64,000 nucleotides of DNA from Asterias rubens (lineage: Eukaryota): the NCBI RefSeq assembly GCF_902459465.1, contig NC_047062.1:248001-312000 (forward strand), read 5' to 3'. The position numbers and the translations under genes were made by a program. This document shows positions 26,001 through 37,585 of this stretch, piece by piece (positions within the stretch are counted from its first letter, which is position 1; each line of letters starts with the position of its first letter). The notes beneath the pieces were generated by a model. It was given only the letters and a program-made list of their open reading frames with translations, made no database searches and was not told the DNA's origin.

Positions 26001-29000
26001 CTATCCTCTGTTCTTTGCCGATTTTGTGGTCTCGTTACTTAACTTGGATTAAGGAAGGTATTATATGAGTCACCCGAATGGTTTAGAACAACAAAGAAAT
26101 AAGTAATGCGAAGTTTAATTTGAGAGAGATCCCGGTAGAAACCCGGAGGGCTTAAAGAGCCATGATTCAGATGAATCAAGAGAGTTGTCAAAGGATACAA
26201 AAGAACACTTTACACATGACATAGAAAACTTGATTTAATCATTATTAATATTATAATTATTATTATTAAATAAAGTTAAACAATCCGATACAGGAGGCTT
26301 ATGAGGAACCATCATATGAATTGTTTGGAATGAACTATAATGCGAAGTTTATCTTGAGAGAGATCCCGGTAGAAACCCGGAGGGCTTAAAGAGCCATGAT
26401 TCAGATGAATCATTGAGAAACGGTGACATGTACTAACTACTAACTTATTAATAATAAACTGTTATACTAATTGTCTACAACTACACTGTATTCTAATGTT
26501 TAGTACGAACTACACTATGCAGTTTAACAACGGTCCACTCCCATGATTTAATAAATTCTGAAACTAAATAATGTTTTCAAGGTGTGTTTATTGTGTGTCC
26601 TACAATAAAGTGAAACTGTTTTTCATGCGTATGAGCGCAGCGAAGGAGCATGAAAGTACAAATTTAGCGAACGCAAATAATTTATAGGAACCACCCAACC
26701 CTGGTTGATGGACAGCCACTGTTGCATCAGCTGTACGTTGTCAACTTTAATCCATTGAATATTTTGATTGTGAGTTAAATGTGTCATATAATGTCGTTTA
26801 AATTTGATTTTGTGCAAAATTCTGTATTTATTTTCAAAACAAAATGCACAGTTTAAAATATAGTACCGGTGTCGTAGGGAAATCTGTCCGCGGAGATTCT
26901 TTCCACAGTTCTCCATTTTGGGGGACAGAATATCCAGGGGACGGAATCTCGTGTCATATTGATAGATGAGTGAGTCTTGTTTTCTTGTAGATCGATGATG
27001 ATCTTCCTTTAGAGTATCTCTCTGAGATGAGACAAGTAAGTATAGTCTTCATTAATCTCGTAGTGTCATCTTCAGACCACGAGAGTGAGAAGCGCAATCT
27101 ACATACTGCTTTCAACGTAGTATACGACGACATGAAGGAATTTCAAGGTAAATGTCTACTAGACTTCTTGCATTCTTATAGCGGTCATTGTTAAATACTG
27201 TACAATGAGTGAAACAATTTATATTTTGTTTTATTTCAAAACTCAATTATTAAATAATGAACATTCCCTTTCTTTGTTTTATCAGGTTGTCTAAACAAAG
27301 TGTTCATGTTTGACAAGGTATGTAAATAACTAGGTAAGCTAAAATAAACATCGAAACTAACAGTGACTTGGTACCTTCTTCTAATCTCCAGATCGAAAAC
27401 CATAAACGCCAACAAATTTTCACAAACTTGGTAACTCCACCAATAGTTATTAGGATTTGTCATTTATTTTTGAATAGGGATGCACATTTCTTGCTATATT
27501 TGGTCTTCCTGGTTATAAACACGAGGACGACTGCGCACGCGCACTACAATGCTCATATCGACTACTGGAACACCTAAAAGTTACCCCAAATGTCACGTAA
27601 GTATATAAATGCCGGACCGGGTGATAACCAATTTGTTACGTTGTTACTTGTCTGTTGAAGCTGTCTGTGTAAACAGATTACTATTCTGTATGTTTATGTT
27701 TGACATCTTTGACCAAACTCAACCAGCTACAATGAACAACTTCTCTATCTACGCTACATCTGCAAAACTGCTAGACGAAGTTTGGCCAAATCAAACACTA
27801 CATTACATGATGTGTATAGTCTAGTTACCTTCATTACAGTCCTTTGCGAACAAACCCTGATAAAACACTCCACTTTTTAAAACATTAATTCACATTGTGT
27901 TTTATAATACTGGGTGAATATTTCAACAGGCAAGCTTCTATCGGTGTGACAACTGGATCTACTTTCTGTGGGGTTATTGGACATATACATCGACATGAAT
28001 ACACTGGTAGGTTTATGCATACAACACGATCTATCCCCCCCCCCCAAATAAAAAAACCCCCAAAAAACCAAAAACAAAAAACAAGCAAGTAAACAAACAA
28101 ACAAACAATCGTATAAGAGCATAAAGAGGTTGTAAAATTAGGGCGTGGTTTGTTCCCCTTCCATTGACTAGCATTGCTTAGCACTCATCGACTATTGTGA
28201 AGTTTTTCCATTATTCGATTTTACCATAAACGAACTATCGTCAGTCACTCTCTGGAAGTTTTGTTGTAATTTTGTGTTAACTTTTGAAGATTATTACTTT
28301 CGTCCCGGCTAATGTGTTTTTGTGGAATTTGTTGTTCACTTTTCTTTTCCTTGTTTCGTTCTTTTAACTTGAATCCTTTGTATTTGATCAGTGATTGGGA
28401 GGAAAGTGAACATGGCTGCCAGACTCATGATGCATTATTCTGGTAGAGTATCTTGTGATCCTGAGACGTTTCATCATTCCAAACTACCAAGACACTTCTT
28501 CCGTGAACTTCCTCATAAAGAGATGAAAGGTGTCCGGAATGCTGGGGTCATCCAGGAATTTGTCCAAGGAGAAGAGTAAGAGTTACGATCAAAGTTGGTC
28601 TTTATTTATTTAGACACTTATATTCAGAACGGAGAATAGTTCATACACTTGTTAGCAACCCCAAATGTTTCCCGTTTTTTGACGCAGATCAGAGACAGTG
28701 ACAGGAAATACGGTCCCGGAGTTCGATTATCCACTTCTTGGTAAGAAACTCTGCTTGTTATCAATTTCTTGGTAATCAACTCTGCTTATTATCCACTTCT
28801 CGGTAAGAAACTCTGCTTGTTATCCACTTCTTTGTAAGAAAATCTGCTTATTATCCACTTATTGGTAAGAAACTCTGCTTGTTATCCACTTCTTGGTAAG
28901 AAACTCTGCTTGTTATCCACTTCTTTGTAAGAAACTCTGCTTATTATCCCTTTCTTGGTAAGAAACTCTGCTTATTATCCCTTTCTTGGTAAGAAACTCT

Positions 29001-32000
29001 GCTTATTATCCACTTCTCCCTAAGAAACTCTGCTTATTATCCACTTCTCCCTAAGAAACTCTGCTTATTATCCACTTCTCCCTAAGAAACTCTGCTTATT
29101 ATCCACTTCTCCCTAAGAAACTCTGCTTATTATCCACTTCTCCCTAAGAAACTCTGCTTATTATCCACTTCTTGGTAAGAAACACTGCTTGTTTTACACT
29201 TTAAACTCAAACTCCTTTCACTTTTTTGAAAAGGTCTTACTTTTTCTTTGAAACAATTAAAAAGCTCTGGGAGTGACTGTGGTCTGAATGAAAACGCACC
29301 AACAACAAGATAATCCAAAGAATGTTTTTAAATAAAGTTTCGTTGTTACTGAATCATCTCTTAATGTTTCGATATCGTTTCCAGGGCGTGATAAGGAGAT
29401 GGGTACATTTTTAAATGAGTTAGGTATGATTCGAGAACATAAGGAACGAGGTGAACATCGCCGTGTTATAGTGTTTGATGGTCAAGCAGGAATCGGTAAA
29501 ACTAGAATGCTAGACGCTGTCATCAAGAAGGCTGCCATTGAAGATAATCTGTAAGTTTTGACAATACTCTAACTCGGTCGAATCCATAAACTCACTTGGT
29601 CATATTAGTATTGATATAATACACTATGTGCACAGCCACAACCATGGCTACATTTTTTGTTACAAAGACCTTTGCAGATCTTGTATTCGACAAACTCGAG
29701 CACTTCTTATTCATCATTGACACAGCGATTGTTATAGTGATGTATAAATAACAAAGAGATACAAACTGCTACTCAGTGGGTTTTTTAATAATTATGTTCA
29801 CGTAACAAAACATGTCTACCTATGATGGTGGCTGTTCACATGATCTGAACACTTAGTTCACCAGTTACAACTTGCAAAACAAAAAACATTTTCGAGAAGG
29901 AAAACGAAAATGGTATTCGTAACCTGGTGGTAATAGAACTTTCAGAAACAAATGTTTATGTTTATATAGGATTTGAGGCATTGCATGGTGAGGTATCAAT
30001 GTATGTTTGGTTTGCGGTAACACCATGTGTGTGTCTACTTGCCAGGTAGAGTTTGTTCTTAGAGAACTGTCTTGCTTTATTCTACTGCCGCGGAGTAGAT
30101 AATCGGAGGTTCGGGAGACTAGCTTGCTCTAGTCATCATCGGAAGACTAGTCGATGACTAGAGCAAGCTAGTCGAAACGTTGAGACCAATTCAGAACTGA
30201 CTCCGCGGCAGTACAGTTAATTACGATCCTATAAGCTAAAGTAGTAGCTAGTCCAGTCTATTTTCTATACCATCCGCCCTGGTAACAGTTAAGAAGCAGG
30301 ACAGTTCTTTTCAGAACTGAGAAGTCTCCCGAACCTCCGATTATCTACTCCGCGACAGTACAATATAGCAAGACAGTTCCCTAAGAACAAACTCTACCTG
30401 GCAAGTAGATATACACATGGTATTACCGCAAACCAAATATAAAAAAAAATTTATGTTCATATTAATTTCTTTCATCCTACTTGTATGTGTGATTCTAGGG
30501 TGATATCCAGCGCTTTGACGATGACTGATGCTAATGTACCGTACTATACTGTTAAGCGTCTAGTAACCGTACTTCTACAAATGGAAGATTGCGCAAGTCA
30601 CGTGGAACGGGAGCATGCGCTGTTGGAGCACGTTCAGAACGAGGCTCTACGGGAAGATCTCTGCCTTCTGAACGACTTGTTTGTTCTTAAAGTACGATTG
30701 ATAAAAGTTCTTGCATACCATGACTGACCAGATGTTTTCCTATCAGCGTGTTAAGTCATATCATTATAATGCATTAGTTCTTGTTTTCATTACAATGTTT
30801 TCTAATGTTCAATACTCCATCACTGAACTTGTTGCCACTTTCAGCTGTTGTTCTTTATTGATTGTTTACCTTAGTTACCAACAAATCCAAGATTTCTGAA
30901 CATGACGAGTGAGCAGCGGATACGTGAGCTTCATAATCTTATTGCCAAGATCGTCCACCAGGTCAGTCAGTATTGAATAAGAATAATAGTAAAGGTCTCA
31001 GTCCTCAGTAGAATACTAAAGACACAAATCTTACTGTCACTCAAATGTCTTTCATTTATTTTGAATCGCATTTATTGTTTACGTCTAACTTTGAGTACAT
31101 TGAGTATGTTTTTAATTACATTGAGTATGTTTTTGATTAGGAGACTGATCAAAATGAAGTCCGAGGGCTCGGTTAAAAAGAGATCTCCCTTATAAAAACC
31201 ATGTGTTTTTTTTTTTTTTTGCAAATCGGTTGATTTTGATTGTTCTCCTCAATCCTAGTTCACTCTCCACCAATGTGTAATTTTTGCCGTGGACGACGCC
31301 CACTTTATCGATCCAGACTCTTGGGGCTTCTTGATTGATTTTGCTGCTGCTTCCTCAGCCGTTTGTGTTCTGACTATGAGACCCTTTAAACCCGACAAAC
31401 CACCATGCATAGCTGCCCATCGTGTTCTATCCCATCAAAACACCTTGCATATTAAACTCGGCAGTCTACGCTCTAGTGAGATGGCATCATTGGCGTGCCA
31501 GCTTCTTGATGTAGTCAGAGTGCCCCAAGATCTTGTTGGGTGAGTCATCAAAATATTTTACAAAAACTGTGTGGAAAAGCTCCAAAACATTATATGTTCA
31601 AATCATGGACTCTTGCGGAGTTTCCGTTATGAAAAGAAAATATGAACCTATTCTTTGAATTGTCGTTTCATCACACAGAATACTCCAGAAGAAGAGCCAC
31701 GGCATTGCATCTTGGTGTGAGCAGCTCGTTCAGGAGCTCATGGCAGTTAATCAACTCATGATCGTTCCTGAGGGTAGCAAACAAGCAGCCGTAGCTGATG
31801 ACGAAGCTAGTCACATAACACCGAGTATTACTGTGTTACAGAAGTCTAAAGAAAGTAGTGCCAATGGTGGCACTACTGGAGCTGGTCGCAGTCGACGATC
31901 TAGCGTAGATAGCGGGGTGGGTATACCGTTTGACATGAACTGTTAGTTGTAGGCAATAGATTCCGAAACGTATCATTAATTGGCCAGCTGCGAGCGAAAC

Positions 32001-34375
32001 AGAGTGATTTGAAAGTAAGCCAACTGCCAATTTCCGTCCGTCCCTCCGTCGTTGGGTGCGTCCAACCGTCCGGATTCAGTGGAATGTTCAAGTTTAAGCG
32101 TGAAGCTGCATCATTCAAGTATTGAGTTGTTTTTTAAATTCAAAATCCAAAATCCAAAATCTAAAATCCCATAGTGACAGTCATGTTTTGTGGTTCCCAA
32201 CCATTGATCTCCATTATACTGACTGGATAGAACATCGCGTCCAAACGCAGGCCGCGCGCGTACTTTTTGAAACGGGTGAAAACCGTTCGTCACACGAAAT
32301 GCGTTGTACACTTTTAAACGGAGTTGCTGCAAACAGGGAGAAGTTTTCGTCCTTTTAATTGTCATTTTGGGGATTTAAAATGTTGGAATCAGATCAAACA
32401 AACTAAAAATGCTTATGGTGAAGGTGTGCGCGGCTGTTAATCGCCGGAGGAGGGAAAACTGAGTCGGCAAATGGATTGTCTTTCCACAGAAGTAAGTAAG
32501 CCTTTGCATTTTTTTTTTAATGATTCATATTATTATTATATCTAACGTTACAAATATTAGACAGGAAATTTAAACTATCATTCATAAAAATAATTATTAA
32601 AGGCCAAGTATTTGTTATTTTTATCGAGCAATTATTGTTTTCACTCCGTTACAAATGGTTTTCTGGAATCGACGAGGACGGGAAGCCCGGGATCCAACAA
32701 GGTGTTTGTCATAGCATCAATAATTAAAAGGTTCGAGAAAGAAGACGGTACAAACATTAGAAGTTCGTTGAGAGGATCAGTCGTCTCAGAAATAGCCGGC
32801 TTCGTTATTTGTGACCGAAATAAAAGTATTTATTTCTGGCGATACAGTAAAAAAGGTTATGAAAGTTTTGCTGTTGGGATTGTTTCTCTTTCTTGTCCTT
32901 TTCCCTCAATTTTAGCGAGTATGTAGTTCTCACTCTAGTCTTAGTTTGCATAGAACTACTCGAATTTTAAATTATAGGAGCGACTCTTGTTTTGTCTTTA
33001 AGTTTATATGGTTTATTGTCAGTTTCTCAATGTACTGAAAGAATTAAAAAAACATGTACTTAAATCCCAATACAGTTTCTCGTCCGAGTTTTTGTTTAGA
33101 AATAATGTCATTATCATAATATTAATAGGGCATTTGATAGACAAAAATGTAAAGTATTATTAGTTTGCCTTATTTGCATTTCAATCACACATTTTTTTTT
33201 CACACTTTTCGTCATGTTTCCCCCTAATTTCTGTTCTCAATTTACAACTTCAACTGACAGACTCAAACCCGACCAAGTGCACATTAATTTACCCGTTTAA
33301 AGGAATTGCGCCGCCATTGTTCGGCCGCGTGTTTATGCACGCAGCATAGCGCAATGTCCTATCCAGTCAGTATAATGGAGATCAATGTTCCCAACCATGT
33401 TTATAAGGAAATGTAGAAGTTTTCGGGGGATAAAAGCCAAACTAAACAATGCTCTCTTGATTTTAAAGAGCCAACGTCAAAAAAATGTGGTTTTTTTTAA
33501 ACGGACTAATAACTTTAACCAATACAACCATGCCAAATTGCAGCAGACACGCACATCAAATAATTGCACATGAAACTCGGGATTATTTCTGAAAATCTCT
33601 AAGGCAATTTTTTGTTTAATGCCGTAACTCGTTGTTGTAATGAAGTGTCAGCTTGAAACTTGGACTAAATATTGCCACTATAGATTTATATATCAAAATA
33701 ATATAACTCACAAAAGGACAAGTTAATACTCAAGTTGAATGAGCTAAAACAGCAAAAGCATAAACATGTTTGAGAATAGTTTATTCCAAAAGTGCCAATT
33801 CTATTCTAGTTTTTTATTATTATCATAACTCGTGTTTCTGTCTGTGTAAGATACCAACGAGTCACCATACATCCATGCCTATTTGTATATCTTCCCTGTC
33901 GGCCCTCAGTCATCCTTTTTCACTCCCATATCGAACCAAGTATAGACAGTGGTCAAACGCAAGAATTTGTAATATCCCCACCCCTAACATCAGTTGATCA
34001 ATGATTTGTTTTTTTCTATTAATTAGTCATTGTTTATCTATGGGGCGATTTGCAGCTCGATATAGCAGCTTCACTGAACTATTAACGTTAATTTGGACAT
34101 TGTACAGTGTACTGTTATTTTAGAGAGAGAGTAAACGTGCTAAATGTTTTTTCGGTTTGTCTTTAACAGTCACCGATGTTTCAGGTACCTCAATTGGCAA
34201 CCCACATGCTAGACCAGCTACGTGAGATGCAAGAAGAAGGTTTACAAGATGATGATATAGATGAAGATGAAGAGCCTAACATGGTGTGTGTTGTAGCATC
34301 TGGAATCAAACTAGCAGATTTACAGATACCGGATTCAATGACAGGTGACAATAATATAATGCTCGTTAATATTGG

Positions 34376-34407
<32 letters not shown>

Positions 34408-37400
34408 TGTCCACTAATAATTGACACACTTTTGTAGTTGATATTTACTGAATGTGTTTGGTTCTTCATCAGGCATGATGCTGGCCCGTATCGATCACAT
34501 GAAACCATCAGAGCAAATGTTGGTAAAGTGTGCTGCCGTTCTTGGGCTAACATTCACCCGCCATATGTTGGAGATCATTGTTCCCAACACCACTGGCTGG
34601 AAGATTCGTCGCCTCCTCCATATCCTGATGAAAGGTGGAGTTTTCGAGTGTGCTACATACCACCTTACAATCCATGGGTTGAGCTATGGTGTCAACCAAC
34701 GTATAGCAAGCTCTGTCTCAAGCCATTTCGGCACTCTGGGTCACGGTAACCGACTTACGGCTGGTATTATCTGCCACTGTCCAAAAACTGCGATTCAGGA
34801 GTCTGATGTGGAGGTTCCGACTGGGTCGAGTTATATGTTCATGACAGACTGCAGCCATTTGAGATTTACCAGTGCTTTCATGCAGGAGACAGCTTATGGG
34901 TTGTTTCTCTCTGAGCAGCGACGTAAACTTCACCGACAGGCGGCAGAATATCTGGAGTCCCAAGCACATAAGTGCACGCCCTGCGGTGGAGGTGACTTCC
35001 TACCCGGTAGTCATCAATATCTTGGGGAGACTAAAATAACAACAAAGAAGACTCGAGAGGAGACTACACGTAGTAAACAAAGCTTGAAGCCGGACAAGGT
35101 TAAAGATATCACAACCGGGGAAAAACATTCGCATAATGGTAGGTTCGAGCTTCAAGTTGCTCTGTAGCATTTTGTTAATTGATTCGTATCATCGGTGTAT
35201 CTCATTGTTTGTTTTTTATGTTAAATTGAATGATTATTTTGTTAAATGACATAACATTACATTTGACTAATCATGAAACGAAATCGAATGACCCTTTTTA
35301 GTAGCATTCGATTTCGCGCGAAATAGAATAGTTTGGTGGTTAGATTGGCTGCTCATTTGCCGAAATTGACCGAGAATTGCTCATTTGCCGAAACTGACCG
35401 TGAAAACCTATAGAAAACCTATATTATAAGTTTCTCGGTCGAATTCGGCAAATGAGCAGCCAATTTCATTTTCATGCGTTCGCATTAAAGCTGTTTTGCC
35501 TCTCCAGTTGTTACTGCGTTTCAAATTCAGAATTCGGCCATTCAATTTCGTTTTAAGTCGAGTAAAATTCCTTTAGCACTATGTATGTTCAATTTAGTGT
35601 ATCGTAATTTTTTTTTCGTGGCACACACGCCTCAAGAAGCGTCTGCGAATTCGAATGCTGCTTTGATGAATTGTTAAATGGAATGATTATTTTGTTAAAT
35701 TGAATAACGCAACAATACATTTGACTAATCATAAAACAAAATCGAATAACCCTTTTCAGTAGCATTCGATTTTGCGCGAAATAGAACAGCTTGAAAGTTA
35801 ATTGCTCATTTGCCGAAGAAACTGCATCCGAAATAACATAATAAATTCTACTTGTTTACGCTGTTTGATTTGTGTGGTTGCGCCCATTTGCTGGGTACAG
35901 GCCTATACCTCTTAATTTGCTTTCGGATGCAAGGAATACACCATTAAGCGCTCATGATTCATGAAATAAAACCTAATTAGCCATATTTACAGGTATATTA
36001 CTTTAATTAGCAGTCATTCAAACTTTACTAACACAATCTTTAGTTTATTACAAGCATTCAATTTTTGAGACCTTTTATTACTATTTATAAGCCATTGGAC
36101 CCTTTCGGTTCAGAAAAAAAATAAAAGTTCACAGATTTACAAATAACTTACACGGTTTACAGAAGGCAATGGTGAAAGACTTCTCTTGAAATATTATTCT
36201 ATGAAATGCTACTTTTTGAGAAAACAGCAAAACAATATAAATTCTCGTTAACGAGAATTACGGATTTATTTTAAACACATGTCATGACACGGCGAAACGC
36301 GCGGAAACAAGGGTGGGTTTTTCCGTTGTTTTCTCCCGACTCCGATGACCGATTGAGCCTAAATTTTCACAGGTTTGTTATTTGATATAGAAGTTGTGGT
36401 ACACAAAGCGTGGGCCTTGGACAACACTGTTTACCGAAAGGGTCCAATGGCTTTAACGAAAACATGTCCTTAATTTGTTTCAGGAAGAAGTGCCCGGCAA
36501 GTCACCTTCGATGAAAACAGAGGAGGTAAACAAACAGAATACTGCCGAAACTTTGTGGAACATCTACTGTATTCCACAGCAAAATAAACTGAAACTAAAA
36601 CGATAAAGACAGTTCCTCGTCCAATTTGGATCAACAATCAACTCGTATTCATAATACATTTTGTTCCATTAATTCTAGCTTGATTTTGAGGCATTCTGAG
36701 TTCTTGATTGAATGTCTTTTTTACTCGTAATATAGAAACCGAAAACTACGTTCAGGACCACACAGACAACATGATGAACACCATTAAGAAAAGCATCAGG
36801 CGTCGTAGTGTAGCATTTGTTGCACCACACGGTGAGAACGAGTCACATGTTGTGCTGAATGATGACGAAGGTAGTGATGAAGAGGACAACAACCCGTCTA
36901 TCGCTCCGATTAAGTACCATCAATCCCGGAGAGCTACGCTTACTATACGTAAAGGATCACTAGACAACAACCTTAGCGTTATCAGGTACAATGAACACAA
37001 CAACTCTCAACAAACTTAAACTTGTTCATGTATTCAAGCTTAACTTGTGTTTATTTCGGAGACAAGGCGTATTATGTTCGAGAGTGCCAAAAAAATAACC
37101 GCATGCCTTTAACATTCTTAAGGAAACAACAAGTTAACCAAGCGTTTTTAAGATTGCACAAATTCCAGAATTGACTGCCCAAAAGTGAAATTGAATGACT
37201 AAACACACGCCTCAAAATAAACTCCTGCGAACTTTAACGCAGCTTCGATGAATTGTTAAATTGAATGGTTATTTTGTTAAATCAAATGACTTAAAAGTAG
37301 ATTTGACTTGCCTTATAAAGAAATCAATTGAATGACCCTTTTCAGTAGCATTCGATTTCGTGCGAAATAGAATAGGCTGGTAGTTAGATTGGCCGCTCAT

Positions 37401-37554
37401 TTTCCGAAATTGACCGAGAAAACCTATAATTTACAGTAAGTCTATAAAATTATTAAAAACATTGGACAACAATAGAAAAATGTTAAAAAGTAAAAGAATG
37501 CAGAATGAGTCAAAATGCAAAATAACCCCCAACATGCAAAAGCAATCCAACCCA

Positions 37555-37585
<31 letters not shown>

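Noticed and set aside
31921-31952. A 32-nt intron as part of the main ADCY10 model
   Set aside because: It is shorter than typical metazoan spliceosomal introns. It is kept only as an alternative in the findings.
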